In this document: positions 52,211 through 61,576 of the stretch, piece after piece
Layout of the letters: every line of letters begins with the position of its first letter
Position numbering within the stretch: position 1 is the first letter of the stretch
From: an uncultured Thermoplasmata archaeon
Lineage (GTDB): Archaea; Thermoplasmatota; Thermoplasmata; UBA10834
Reading direction: 5' to 3'
Length of the DNA stretch: 64,000 nt
Assembly (NCBI GenBank): GCA_964488505.1
Contig: CAZAUI010000007.1
Span: 725-64,724 of the forward strand
Position numbers and translations under genes: made by a program
The notes under the pieces: model-generated
What the model saw: the letters and a program-made list of their open reading frames with translations, nothing else
What the model was told of the DNA's origin: nothing
Database searches by the model: none

Positions 52211-52507
52211 GTGCCGTTGAGCGAGAAAGGGACCAGTCAGAGGAAGAAAGGGGGGCGTGGGCGCGCATCCTCGATAGTCAGGGAGGACTTCCCGGTCATC
52301 GTCGTCGTCGGTGCGGTGATGGCGGTCCTGGACTTCGTGTCCTATGAGTGGTTCGTGCCATGGGCCGACGAGATGACCGATAACCAGCTCATGTCGCTGG
52401 GGTACATCGTGACCTTCTTCGTGATCTTCTGCAACCTCATCATATTCTTCGCCCTTGTGGCATACCTCCTGCAGAGAGAATCATACCCGTCGGACAGGTG
52501 GCAGTGA
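52211..52507 (+). CDS. Small 2-TM membrane protein (hypothetical)
   Basis: GTG start. Hydrophobic segments are FPVIVVVGAVMAVLDFV and LGYIVTFFVIFCNLIIFFALVAYLL. Confidence 0.45.
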   Translation: MPLSEKGTSQRKKGGRGRASSIVREDFPVIVVVGAVMAVLDFVSYEWFVPWADEMTDNQLMSLGYIVTFFVIFCNLIIFFALVAYLLQRESYPSDRWQ

Positions 52508-52929
52508 CCTCCGGTACCCGCGGACTCGAAGGATTGAAGTCCGTGCGACCTCGTACTCCCGTCGGGAGTACGGCTGACTTGAGATGCCCCGAGTGCGGCA
52601 AGAGGGTCGGGTTCAATGAGAGAGGCACCAACTGCCCGAGGTGCGGCGCGTGGCTTCTATCGAGGCCCCCGAGCGAGCACATGCTCGAACATATGCAGCG
52701 CGCCGAAGGGAAGGACGATTTCCTCAACGACTTCCCGTGGATAGGGGGGACGCCTGGCAGGAGGGCGATGGCATTCACCGCCATATGGATCTCTGCCCTG
52801 GTCGTGCTCGCGCTCTCCATACTCCTGTCGTTCATTACGATGCACTTCGTCCTCGCTTTCGTCCTGATCGTCTTGACCGCGGCTGTGGGCGTCCTCCCCA
52901 CGCTGTTCCTGATAGGATCCAGGATATGA
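52498..52929 (+). CDS. Zinc-ribbon protein with a C-terminal 2-TM anchor (hypothetical)
   Basis: The zinc ribbon is CPECGKRVGFNERGTNCPRCG. TM segments are FTAIWISALVVLALSILLSFI and FVLAFVLIVLTAAVGVLPTLFLIG. GTG 52504 (GTGA overlap with the upstream stop) is an equally good start. Confidence 0.55.
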   Translation: MAVTSGTRGLEGLKSVRPRTPVGSTADLRCPECGKRVGFNERGTNCPRCGAWLLSRPPSEHMLEHMQRAEGKDDFLNDFPWIGGTPGRRAMAFTAIWISALVVLALSILLSFITMHFVLAFVLIVLTAAVGVLPTLFLIGSRI

Positions 52930-52954
52930 GCGCACCGGGCGGGCCAAAATATTA

Positions 52955-53629
52955 ATGGGCCAGGCCGGATTCACGAGCATGCACAAGGTCGTCACGGTCG
53001 AGATGGAGAAGGACATCCTGTCTGAGAACAGGCACATCGCTGACCACAACCGCGCCCTCCTGGACGAGCACGGCATCAAGGCGTTCGACTTCCTCGGGGC
53101 CATAGGCTCCGGCAAGACACTCATCATAGAGAAGCTGTCCGAGCACCTCAAGTCCAAGGGGAAGAGGGCGGCGGCCATCGCGGGCGATGTCTCGGGAGAC
53201 GACGACTACCAGAGGTTCGTATCCCACGGCATGCCGGCGGCGAACATCAACACCGGGAAGGAGTGCCACTTGGATGCGCACCTCGTCGACCACGCGCTCG
53301 ACGACCTCCCGCTCGAGGACATCGACTACCTGTTCATCGAGAACGTGGGGAACCTCGTGTGCCCCGTCGATTTCCCAGTGGGGTCGCACGCCCGCGTCGT
53401 GGTCATCAGCGTGACGGAAGGGGACGACATGGTGAGGAAGCATCCCGCGATATTCGCGTTCTCGGACATCATCGTGATAAACAAGGTCGACCTCGCCGAG
53501 GCGATGGAGGTCGACCCCAGGATACTGGAACGCGACGCGAAGAGGATCAACCCCGGCGCGAAGATCATAATGATGGATGCAAGGCGCGGCAAGGGGATGG
53601 ACCAGCTGGCGTCGGCGCTCGGGCTCTAG
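52955..53629 (+). CDS. hypB: Hydrogenase nickel-incorporation GTPase HypB
   Basis: Motifs seen: GAIGSGKT (P-loop), ENVGNLVCP and INKVDL. Confidence 0.93.
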   Translation: MGQAGFTSMHKVVTVEMEKDILSENRHIADHNRALLDEHGIKAFDFLGAIGSGKTLIIEKLSEHLKSKGKRAAAIAGDVSGDDDYQRFVSHGMPAANINTGKECHLDAHLVDHALDDLPLEDIDYLFIENVGNLVCPVDFPVGSHARVVVISVTEGDDMVRKHPAIFAFSDIIVINKVDLAEAMEVDPRILERDAKRINPGAKIIMMDARRGKGMDQLASALGL

Positions 53630-53638
53630 AGGTAACCG

Positions 53639-55846
53639 ATGAAGATCACCGTGTACGGCATAGTCCAAGGGGTCGGTTTCAGGCCGACCGTCTTCAGGGT
53701 CGCGAAGGCCATGGGACTCAGGGGCTATGTGCTCAACAACGGCTCCAACGTCGAGATACACATCGACGGCGATGCCCAGGAGTTCCTCGGACGCCTTAGG
53801 GAGGCGCTCCCGTCGCTCGCGAGGATAGACCGCGCGGACATCGAGGAGACGCAAGAGGAGCTCGGCGAGTTCTCCATCGCGCAGAGCACCGACGGGAAGA
53901 GGGTCTCACTCATACCGACGGACACGGCCATCTGCAGCCGGTGCAGGGAAGACTTCGAGTCCGAGGGGAACAAGAGGTACTTGTTCCCCTTCACGAACTG
54001 CACGGAGTGCGGTGCGCGGTTCACAGTCATCGCCGACGTCCCCTTCGACAGGGCGAGGACGAGCATGTCGGACTTCCCCGTGTGCCCGTCGTGCCACCAC
54101 GAATACTCCTCCCCCGAGGACCGGAGGTTCCATGCGCAGACCCTCTCGTGCCCTGCCTGCGGCCCTGCTTATACGTTATACGATAAGGAGCAGCGGCCCG
54201 TCCCCGGGGAACCGTTCCCCGAGTTCGCCGAGCAGATAGAGGCGGGAGCGGTCGGCCTCCTGAAAGGGTGGGGGGGCATGCACATAGTCTGCACCTTCGA
54301 GAACGCCTCGAAGCTGAGGAAGGTCTACAGGCGGGGCGACAAGCCGTACGCGGTGATGATGCGGGACCTTCAGACGGCTGAGAGGTATGCTGTCATGAAC
54401 GAGCAAGAGCGCGGACTCCTCACATCCCCGCAGCGGCCCATCGTGCTCCTTCACAAGAAGGGATCGGCGACTGAGGAGTTGGAGAAGGTCTCGCCGGGCC
54501 TGGGGAACTTGGGCGTCATGCTCCCGTACTCTGCGGCCCACCTCCTGCTGTTCAGACACCTGCGGTCCGACGGGGTCATCATGACCTCCGCGAACCCGCC
54601 TGGAGAGCCGATGGTCACGAGCAACGAGGCGGCCTTCGGCTTGGGTCTCGACCTGTACCTGCTGCACAACAGGCGGATCATACACAGGTGCGACGACAGC
54701 GTGGTCAAGGTCAACTCCGGCCTCACGAACTTCACCAGGAAGTCGAGGGGGTTCGTACCCGTGCCCATCAAGGCGAACCATAAACACTCCGTAATCGGCG
54801 TCGGCGCCCAGTGGGACGTCACCGGCTCGGTCAACCGCAACGGCGAGATGTTCCTCACGCAGTACATAGGGGAGTCGCACCAGCACCCGACCCTGGAATA
54901 CCTGGACGACGCGATACACCACCTGGCGAGGCTCCTGGGTGTTAAGGAGGTCGAGGCCGTGGGCCTCGACAAGCATCCGAGGTACTCCACGCGGATAGTC
55001 GCGCGCAGGCTCGCCGAGGAGTACGGCTGCCCCATGGTGGAGACGCAGCACTACCACGCGCATGCGGCCTCGCTGAAGATAGACCGCGGCGTAGACGGGC
55101 CTCTGACCTGCCTCACATGGGACGGCACGGGCTACGGCGACGACGGCACATCGTGGGGAGGAGAGAGCATGGTCGCGGACTTCTCGGGTTTCGAGAGGTT
55201 CGGCACCCTGCAGGGCATACCGCTGCTGGGAGGGGACAGGGCCGTGTCTGACCCGAAGCGGGTCGTGACCGCGGTCGAGCTGATGTCGGGCAGGGAACCG
55301 ACGATGGTCGACGGCGAGGCCGCCGACCTGTACGCGAAGATGCTGCCCAAGAGCGTGCTCGCATCGAGCATGGGCAGGGTGTTGGACGCTGTCTCGTGCA
55401 TACTGGACGTGAGCTGCAGGAGGACCTACGAGGGCGAGCCCGCGATAAAGCTCGAGAGATGGCTGGAGGCGGGAAGACCGCGCGTGGGTTTCGACCTAGC
55501 ATTCGAAAGGGCCGGAGAGCTCGAGGTCGCGCAGACGGTCCCGATGCTCGTCCAGCTCATGGAGCTGGGCGCGGAGTCCGAGAGGGACCGGGCCGACGCG
55601 GCAGCGTCCTTCGTAAGGACGCTCGCGACGGGCCTCGCGGACAGGGCGTGCGACCGGGCGTCCTCGGAAGGGCTGAGGCAGGTCGGGCTGACGGGCGGCG
55701 TGTCCTTCAGCGGCCCTATAACCGCATGGGTGAAGGAGGCGGTCGAGGGAAGGGGGATGGAGTTCGTCGGGCACGAGAGGATCCCGAACGGCGACGGCGG
55801 CGTCTCGACTGGCCAGAACGCCATCGCAGGCGAAAGGCTCGGCTAA
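53639..55846 (+). CDS. hypF: [NiFe]-hydrogenase maturation carbamoyltransferase HypF
   Basis: The acylphosphatase-like N-terminus is VYGIVQGVGFRP. Two zinc-finger CxxC pairs are present (CSRCREDF...CTECGARF; CPSCHHEY...CPACGP), followed by YrdC-like and Kae1-like domains. The length is 735 aa. Confidence 0.95.
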   Translation: MKITVYGIVQGVGFRPTVFRVAKAMGLRGYVLNNGSNVEIHIDGDAQEFLGRLREALPSLARIDRADIEETQEELGEFSIAQSTDGKRVSLIPTDTAICSRCREDFESEGNKRYLFPFTNCTECGARFTVIADVPFDRARTSMSDFPVCPSCHHEYSSPEDRRFHAQTLSCPACGPAYTLYDKEQRPVPGEPFPEFAEQIEAGAVGLLKGWGGMHIVCTFENASKLRKVYRRGDKPYAVMMRDLQTAERYAVMNEQERGLLTSPQRPIVLLHKKGSATEELEKVSPGLGNLGVMLPYSAAHLLLFRHLRSDGVIMTSANPPGEPMVTSNEAAFGLGLDLYLLHNRRIIHRCDDSVVKVNSGLTNFTRKSRGFVPVPIKANHKHSVIGVGAQWDVTGSVNRNGEMFLTQYIGESHQHPTLEYLDDAIHHLARLLGVKEVEAVGLDKHPRYSTRIVARRLAEEYGCPMVETQHYHAHAASLKIDRGVDGPLTCLTWDGTGYGDDGTSWGGESMVADFSGFERFGTLQGIPLLGGDRAVSDPKRVVTAVELMSGREPTMVDGEAADLYAKMLPKSVLASSMGRVLDAVSCILDVSCRRTYEGEPAIKLERWLEAGRPRVGFDLAFERAGELEVAQTVPMLVQLMELGAESERDRADAAASFVRTLATGLADRACDRASSEGLRQVGLTGGVSFSGPITAWVKEAVEGRGMEFVGHERIPNGDGGVSTGQNAIAGERLG

Positions 55847-55881
55847 ACGTTTATCATCGGAACCCACATACTGACGGACCG

Positions 55882-56109
55882 ATGTGCCTAGCCGTTCCAG
55901 CCGAGGTCAAGTCGATCGACGGTGTCATGGCGAACGTCGATTTCGGAGGCGTCACGAGGACCGCGAACATCTCGCTGGTGGATGCGAAGGTCGGCGACTT
56001 CGTAATCGTCCACGCGGGGTACGCCATTCAGATACTCGACCGCGAAGAGGCCGAGAAGACCCTCGAACTCTTCAGGGAGATGCTCGAGATGGAGGACGCG
56101 GGTGACTAG
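55882..56109 (+). CDS. hypC: Hydrogenase assembly chaperone HypC
   Basis: MCLAVPAEVKSIDG... carries the invariant N-terminal Met-Cys. It is 75 aa long and sits inside a longer spurious track ORF (55396..56109). Confidence 0.92.
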   Translation: MCLAVPAEVKSIDGVMANVDFGGVTRTANISLVDAKVGDFVIVHAGYAIQILDREEAEKTLELFREMLEMEDAGD

Positions 56110-56112
56110 GCC

Positions 56113-56487
56113 ATGCACGAATTCTCAGTCATGAGCCAGATGGTCGCGGGCATAATCGAGGAGGCGAAGAAGTGGAACGCGACCAAGGTCGAGGAGGTCG
56201 TGCTCGAGCTCGGCGAGTTCACGATGCTGGGCGAGGAGCAGCTCCAGTTCGCCTATGAGATCTTGACGAAGGACACGATCCTGAAAGGGTCCGCGCTCAC
56301 GATTGTCCCGGTCAAAGGCGTCATCGAATGCGATTGCGGCTTCAGAGGGGACATGTCGCCCTCCGAGGACACGCCTCACAGGTCCGTGCCCATCCTCGAA
56401 TGTCCCAAATGCGGGAACCCTGCCAGGATAGTCGGCGGCAGGGAGTGCACGGTCAAGAACCTCAGGGCGGTGGTCCCGGATGTATAG
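56113..56487 (+). CDS. hypA: Hydrogenase nickel-insertion protein HypA
   Basis: The MHEFS N-terminus is the Ni site. The zinc site is CDCG...CPKCG. Confidence 0.92.
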   Translation: MHEFSVMSQMVAGIIEEAKKWNATKVEEVVLELGEFTMLGEEQLQFAYEILTKDTILKGSALTIVPVKGVIECDCGFRGDMSPSEDTPHRSVPILECPKCGNPARIVGGRECTVKNLRAVVPDV

Positions 56488-57562
56488 GCTCAGGGACAAG
56501 GAGACCGCGAAGAGGATCATGGACAAGCTCGATGAGATGAAGCTCGACATCACGCTCATGCATGTGTGCGGGACACACCAGGACACCCTGATGAAGTCCG
56601 GCCTGGACACCGAGTTCGCGCGCGTCGGCGTGGACATCAGACAGGGACCAGGATGCCCCGTGTGCGTCACGCCGCCGAAGGAGGTCGAGGAGGTCTTGGC
56701 CCTCGCGAGGGCGGGCGTCATAGTCACGGCCTTCGGAGACATCATGAAGGTCCCCGGTGAGAACGGCTCCCTGAACGACGCGAAGGCCGAAGGGTCCGAT
56801 GTTAGGATAGTGTTCGGCGTCGACGACGCCGTCGCGATCGCCAAGAAGACGCGCAAGGAGGTAGTGTTCATGGGCATAGGGTTCGAGACCACAGCTCCCA
56901 CGACTGCCTCGGCGCTCCTGTCCGACCCGCCCGAGAACTTCTCTGTCATGAGCTGTCATCGGACCGTCCCGCCCGCGCTCGCGGCAATCATAGGCATGGG
57001 CGAGGTCCGCCTGCAAGGGATGATCCAGCCAGGCCATGTGAGCGCGATAATAGGGACGCGGCCGTACGAGTTCCTCTCGACCAAGCACCGCATACCCCAG
57101 GTGGTCGCAGGCTTCGAACCCCTCGACATGATGATGGGCGTGTACATGCTAGCTCGCCAGATCGAGCAGGGGAGGGCCGAGGTGGAGAACGAGTACTCGA
57201 GGGTCGTGCACACGGACGGCAACCCGACGGCCGTCAAGGCGATGGACAACGTGTTCGAGCCTTCGGACGTGCTTTGGAGAGGGTTCCCGGTCATCGCCGG
57301 GAGCGGGCTCGCAATCAGGCGGAGGTTCGAGGAGCACGATGGGAGGAAGAGGTTCGAGGACATCCTGAGACCTGTCGAGGAGAAGGAGTACGGCGAGGTC
57401 GAGGGTTGCCGATGCGGCGAGATGCTCAGGGGCATACTGACGAGCGAGGAGTGCCCGCTCTTCGGAAACGCGTGCACGCCGATGACCCCCATGGGGCCGT
57501 GCATGGTATCCCGCGAAGGGACCTGCTACATCGCCCACAGGTACCGGCGGAAGAACGGCTGA
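56480..57562 (+). CDS. hypD: Hydrogenase maturation Fe-S protein HypD
   Basis: Motifs seen: MHVCGTHQD, GPGCPVCVTP and ...GFETTAP... Confidence 0.95.
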   Translation: MYRLRDKETAKRIMDKLDEMKLDITLMHVCGTHQDTLMKSGLDTEFARVGVDIRQGPGCPVCVTPPKEVEEVLALARAGVIVTAFGDIMKVPGENGSLNDAKAEGSDVRIVFGVDDAVAIAKKTRKEVVFMGIGFETTAPTTASALLSDPPENFSVMSCHRTVPPALAAIIGMGEVRLQGMIQPGHVSAIIGTRPYEFLSTKHRIPQVVAGFEPLDMMMGVYMLARQIEQGRAEVENEYSRVVHTDGNPTAVKAMDNVFEPSDVLWRGFPVIAGSGLAIRRRFEEHDGRKRFEDILRPVEEKEYGEVEGCRCGEMLRGILTSEECPLFGNACTPMTPMGPCMVSREGTCYIAHRYRRKNG

Positions 57563-57601
57563 GCCGTAAGCGACGGGCATGTGGTCAGAGCGCCTTACGG
57601 C
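57563..57601 (+). terminator. Inverted repeat directly after hypD
   Basis: GCCGTAAG (57563-70) and CTTACGGC (57594-601) form an 8-bp stem with a 23-nt loop. No T-tract follows, so terminator function is uncertain. Confidence 0.3.
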
Positions 57602-57739
57602 TGTAACGCACTAGATTAGTCGGCACTTCGTCCCGTCAACAGGTGGCGTAAGCGAAACATCTTTAGCGGTCTTGTGTTTCACCTATCTCGGGCGTGTTTC
57701 GCCACGAAAGGTGGTGGCGAGAAACCTCGATTATACGAT

Positions 57740-57831
57740 TTTCGAAATTCTCCCGCGTTTCCTGAAATAGAAACTGCGATTACCCTTAGCCGCCTTAACG
57801 ATAATCGCCTGGTGACCTGCGTTTTTCGAAA
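57740..57831. promoter_or_regulatory. Pair of TTTCGAAA palindromes (57740-47, 57824-31), with related half-sites, upstream of the hdrA TATA box
   Basis: Read directly: gatTTTCGAAAttc and gttTTTCGAAAgac, 84 bp apart. TTTCG-cca-CGAAA lies at 57697-57709 and GCGTTTC-type repeats lie at 57693, 57755 and 57819. Confidence 0.35.
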
Positions 57832-57847
57832 GACATGCGTCGAAACC

Positions 57848-57855
57848 TATATAAA
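57848..57855 (+). promoter_or_regulatory. TATA box of the hdr operon
   Basis: cgaaaccTATATAAAgc has a purine-rich BRE-like CGAAA upstream. It lies 137-144 nt upstream of ATG 57992. Confidence 0.5.
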
Positions 57856-57991
57856 GCACCTCTTTATTATCTGCATCCGTCCGACACCTAGGCCGAGTGG
57901 GAACGCCAGTCGGTGGAAAATGGCGTCCTTTCGCGGGGTCACTCGGGCCGTCGAGCACTTCGACACGACAAGTCGAGGAGGAGGGGGAACC

Positions 57992-60079
57992 ATGGGGTCA
58001 CCCGAACCTCTCAAGAAGGATCCTGTGACAAGCACGCCAACGGCAGCAAGAGCCGAGTCGACCGCGCCCAGAATCGGAGTTTTCGTGTGCCACTGCGGCA
58101 GCAACATAGCTGGCGTCGTGGACTGTCCCAAGGTCACGGAGGAGGCGTCGAAGATGCCGGGCGTCGTCGTGGCCAAGGACAACAAGTACACCTGCTCCGA
58201 CCTCGGCCAGGACGAGATCGTCAAGGCCATCACCGAGGCGAAGGCGGACAGGGTCGTCATAGCATCATGTTCCCCCAGGATGCACGAGCCGACGTTCAGG
58301 GCCTGCATACAGAGGGCCGGCCTGAACCCGTACGTGCTGCACATGGTCAACATCCGGGAGCAGTGCTCCTGGGTCCACAACCAGGAGAAGGACAAGGCGA
58401 CCCAGAAGGCGATCGACCTCGTCCGCATGGGCGTGTCCAAGGCCGCGAGGCTCGTGCCCCTCGAAGCGAGGGAGGTGCCAGTCGAGCCGAAGGCCCTCGT
58501 CGTCGGCGGCGGCGTCGCCGGCATCCAGGCGTCGCTGGACCTGGCCAACATGGGCTTCAAGGTATACCTGGTGGAGTCCAAGCCGAGCATAGGCGGCGTC
58601 ATGGCCCAGCTGGACAAGACATTCCCGACTGGCGACTGCGCGATATGCATACTCGCCCCCAAGATGGTCGAACTGGCCAGGCATCCCAACATCACACTGC
58701 TCTCGTACTCCGAGGTCGAGGACGTCAAGGGATACATCGGCAACTACGACGTCAAGGTCAGGCGCAAGGCCAGGTTCGTGCACGAGGACAAGTGCGTCGG
58801 ATGCGGCGTCTGCGCCGAGGTGTGCCCGGTCAAGGTCGACAACGAGTTCGACATGGGCTTCGGCAAGAGGAAGGCGATCTACGTGCCCTTCCCGCAGGCC
58901 GTGCCCCTCAAGTACACGATAGACAAGGACAGCTGCCTGCACTTCAAGAGCGGCAAGTGCCTCCTGTGCGTCAAGGAGTGCACGAACAATGCGATCGACC
59001 ACAAGATGCAGGACGAGGTCCTGGACCTCAAGGTCGGGACCATCATCGTCGCCACTGGCTTCGAGCCGTACGTGCCCATGAGGAAGGGCGTGTACAAGTA
59101 CTGGGAGTACGACAACGTCATCACCTCGCTCGAGCTGGAGAGGCTCCTGAACGCGTCCGGGCCGACCGGAGGGCATCTCATCAGGCCCTCGGACCAGGGC
59201 GTCCCGAAGCGGGTCGCGTTCATCCAGTGCGTGGGTTCGAGGAACAAGAAGATCGATAGGAACTACTGCTCCAGGGTCTGCTGCATGTATGCGATCAAGA
59301 ACGCCCAGATCATCAAGGAGCACGAGCCCGACACCGAGATAACCGTGTACTACAACGACATCAGGGCGTTCGGGAAGGGCTTCGAGGAGCTCTACCACAG
59401 GGTAAGGGAGGAGTTCGGGGTCGAGTTCTTCCGGGGCAGGCCAGCGAAACTGAGCGAGAACCCGGAGTCCAAGAGCATCATGATCAGGGCGGAGGAGACC
59501 CTGCTCAACAAGATCACCGAGAGGGAGTTCGACCTCGTCGTCCTGTCCGTCGGGCTGCTGCCCTCGGAGGGCAGCAAGAGGATCGGCAAGACCCTCGGGC
59601 TGTCATTGAGCTCGGACGGGTTCTTCGCAGAGGCCCATCCGAAGCTGAGGCCGGTGGACACCGCGACCGACGGGATATTCCTGGCGGGGTGCGCCCAGGG
59701 GCCGAAGGACATACCCGACTCGGTGGCGCAGGCCAAGGCGGCGGCGTCATCCGCGGCCGCGATAATGTTCTCCGGAAAGGTCAAGATCGAACCTCTCACG
59801 GTCCAAGTGGACGAATCGCTCTGCGTCGGGTGCGGCCTGTGCGCGGAGATGTGCCCGTACGGGGCCCCGGAGATGTACCAGACCGAGGAGGGCAGGACCA
59901 GGGCGAGGATAGTGGAGGCGCTCTGCCACGGCTGCGGCACATGCGCGGCATCTTGCCCGCAGAAGGCGATCACGGCGACGCAGTTCACGGACGACCAGAT
60001 ATGCTCCGAGCTCGTGGCGGCGCTCTCGCCGAACGGGCAGGCGAAGTCGGCCAAGAAGAAGGCCGGGGCGGAGGTGTGA
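57992..60079 (+). CDS. hdrA: Heterodisulfide reductase subunit A (flavin-based electron-bifurcating subunit)
   Basis: Motifs seen: RIGVFVCHCGSNIAGVVD (N-domain Cys cluster), ALVVGGGVAGIQASLDLANMGFKVYLVE (FAD), DKTFPTGDCAICIL, inserted and C-terminal 2x[4Fe-4S] motifs (CVGCGVCAEVCP, CVGCGLCAEMCP, CHGCGTCAASCP). The start is at ATG 57992 after GGAGGAGGAGGGGG. The track start at 57674 runs through the promoter. Confidence 0.93.
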   Translation: MGSPEPLKKDPVTSTPTAARAESTAPRIGVFVCHCGSNIAGVVDCPKVTEEASKMPGVVVAKDNKYTCSDLGQDEIVKAITEAKADRVVIASCSPRMHEPTFRACIQRAGLNPYVLHMVNIREQCSWVHNQEKDKATQKAIDLVRMGVSKAARLVPLEAREVPVEPKALVVGGGVAGIQASLDLANMGFKVYLVESKPSIGGVMAQLDKTFPTGDCAICILAPKMVELARHPNITLLSYSEVEDVKGYIGNYDVKVRRKARFVHEDKCVGCGVCAEVCPVKVDNEFDMGFGKRKAIYVPFPQAVPLKYTIDKDSCLHFKSGKCLLCVKECTNNAIDHKMQDEVLDLKVGTIIVATGFEPYVPMRKGVYKYWEYDNVITSLELERLLNASGPTGGHLIRPSDQGVPKRVAFIQCVGSRNKKIDRNYCSRVCCMYAIKNAQIIKEHEPDTEITVYYNDIRAFGKGFEELYHRVREEFGVEFFRGRPAKLSENPESKSIMIRAEETLLNKITEREFDLVVLSVGLLPSEGSKRIGKTLGLSLSSDGFFAEAHPKLRPVDTATDGIFLAGCAQGPKDIPDSVAQAKAAASSAAAIMFSGKVKIEPLTVQVDESLCVGCGLCAEMCPYGAPEMYQTEEGRTRARIVEALCHGCGTCAASCPQKAITATQFTDDQICSELVAALSPNGQAKSAKKKAGAEV

Positions 60080-60081
60080 CC

Positions 60082-60660
60082 ATGGGAGAAGTCGAGAAGA
60101 CCTTCATCAGCGGGCTCAAGGAGGAGCTGGTCGAGGAGAAGGTCATAGACGAGTCGCAGCTGGAGCCCGACTTCGCGAAGGAGATCAAGAAGTACGGCGG
60201 CAAGGACGTGATGACCTGCCTCCAGTGCGGCAACTGCACGGGCGTGTGCCCGATAAGTCTCAAGATCGACTACAAGACCAGGAGCATCATCAAGTACTGC
60301 CAGTTCGGGCTCAAGACTTACACGTTAGGTACCAGGTGGGTCTGCGCGACCTGCTACAGGTGCTACGAGCACTGCCCGGCGGACATCAACCCTGCCGAGG
60401 TGATGATCGCCCTCAGGCACATCGCCGTCAGGGAGGGCGTCATACCGCCGTTCATCAAGGTCGCGGCCACGAACCTCGTCAGGTACGGGCAGAGCGTCAA
60501 GCCTGACGACGAGATCAACAAGATCAGGAAGGAGCTGGGCCTCGGGGACATACATACCTTCATGCCCGAGTACAAGAAGGTCCTTAGGGAGATCAGCGTC
60601 CTCGTCCACGCGTCCAAGTACGACAAGCTCATAGGCATCGAGGAGGAGGTGAAGCCTTGA
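60082..60660 (+). CDS. hdrC: Heterodisulfide reductase subunit C
   Basis: CLQCGNCTGVCP and CATCYRCYEHCP are two [4Fe-4S] motifs. The length is 192 aa and the start lies 2 nt after the hdrA stop. Confidence 0.9.
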   Translation: MGEVEKTFISGLKEELVEEKVIDESQLEPDFAKEIKKYGGKDVMTCLQCGNCTGVCPISLKIDYKTRSIIKYCQFGLKTYTLGTRWVCATCYRCYEHCPADINPAEVMIALRHIAVREGVIPPFIKVAATNLVRYGQSVKPDDEINKIRKELGLGDIHTFMPEYKKVLREISVLVHASKYDKLIGIEEEVKP

Positions 60661-61574
60661 GCCAATACGCCTACTTCTTCGGATGCGTCATACCGAACAG
60701 GTACCCCGGCATCGAGTACGCCGTCAGATGGGTCTGCGGGAAGGAGGGGTACGACCTCGACGTGAAGGACATACCCGAATTCTCCTGCTGCCCCGTGCCG
60801 GGCATATTCTACTCGACCGACAAGGACACTTGGCTCCTGCTCGCGACAAGGAACCTCGTGCTCGCCCAGGACGAGAGGCGGGACATACTGACCGTCTGCA
60901 ACGGCTGCCTCACATCCCTGATGAAGGCGACCGAGTACCTCAAGGACCCCAAGAGCATGGGCAGGGTCAACAGAGTCCTGGCACAGGTCGGCAAGAAGTA
61001 CACCGGCATACCCAAGAAGACCGAGGGGAGACGGAGGGTCTTCGAGCCGGTCACGGTGAGGCACTACATCGAGTTGATGGCCAAGGACATCGGGCTCGAG
61101 GCGATCCAAGCCAAGGCGACGCGGCCGCTGAAGAACGTCAGGGTCGCGGTCCACTACGGCTGCCACTACCTGAGGCCGACCGAGAGCAGGACCATCGACG
61201 ACCCGAACAACCCCGTCCTGCTGGATAACATAGTCGAGGCGTGCGGCGCGACCAGCGTCGACTACGAGGACAAGCTCGACTGCTGCGGGGCCGGGGGAGG
61301 CGTCAGGTCCCACGTCGTGGATTTGGCGAACTCGCTCACGGAGGACAAGTGCAGGAACATCAACGCAGCCGGGGCGGACTGCATCGTGACGGGCTGCCCG
61401 TTCTGCCTCCTCCAGTTCGACAACGCCCAGAAATCGTTCTCCAAGGACGGCATACCCGTGATGCACGTGTCCCAGTTCCAGGCGCTCTCGATGGGCATCG
61501 ACCCGATATCCCTCGGGTTCGACACGCACCACGTGTCGGCCCACTCGCTGCTCAGGAAGCTCAGGGGGTCCTGA
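60657..61574 (+). CDS. hdrB: Heterodisulfide reductase subunit B (CCG-domain catalytic subunit)
   Basis: YAYFFGCVIPNRYP, ...EFSCCPVPG... and ...KLDCCGAGGG... are two CCG (Cx31-39CCx35-36CxxC-type) domains. The TTG start overlaps the hdrC stop (TTGA). Confidence 0.93.
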   Translation: MSQYAYFFGCVIPNRYPGIEYAVRWVCGKEGYDLDVKDIPEFSCCPVPGIFYSTDKDTWLLLATRNLVLAQDERRDILTVCNGCLTSLMKATEYLKDPKSMGRVNRVLAQVGKKYTGIPKKTEGRRRVFEPVTVRHYIELMAKDIGLEAIQAKATRPLKNVRVAVHYGCHYLRPTESRTIDDPNNPVLLDNIVEACGATSVDYEDKLDCCGAGGGVRSHVVDLANSLTEDKCRNINAAGADCIVTGCPFCLLQFDNAQKSFSKDGIPVMHVSQFQALSMGIDPISLGFDTHHVSAHSLLRKLRGS

Positions 61575-61576
61575 AC

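Noticed and set aside
57674-57991. N-terminal extension of hdrA (track start 57674; alternative ATG 57920)
   Set aside because: The extension runs through the TATA box and palindromes. Homologous HdrA proteins have only a short segment before the xIGVxVCHCG motif. ATG 57992 has the strongest SD (GGAGGAGGAGGGGG). ATG 57920 cannot be fully excluded.
57847-59398. Two long minus-strand ORFs (57847..58743, 58265..59398) and a +2-frame ORF (57913..59259) over hdrA
   Set aside because: hdrA in the +1 reading frame has all cofactor motifs. The alternatives are compositionally biased and motif-free.
60363-61544. 393-aa ORF antisense to hdrC/hdrB
   Set aside because: It is antisense to genes with CCG and ferredoxin motifs and has a low-complexity translation.
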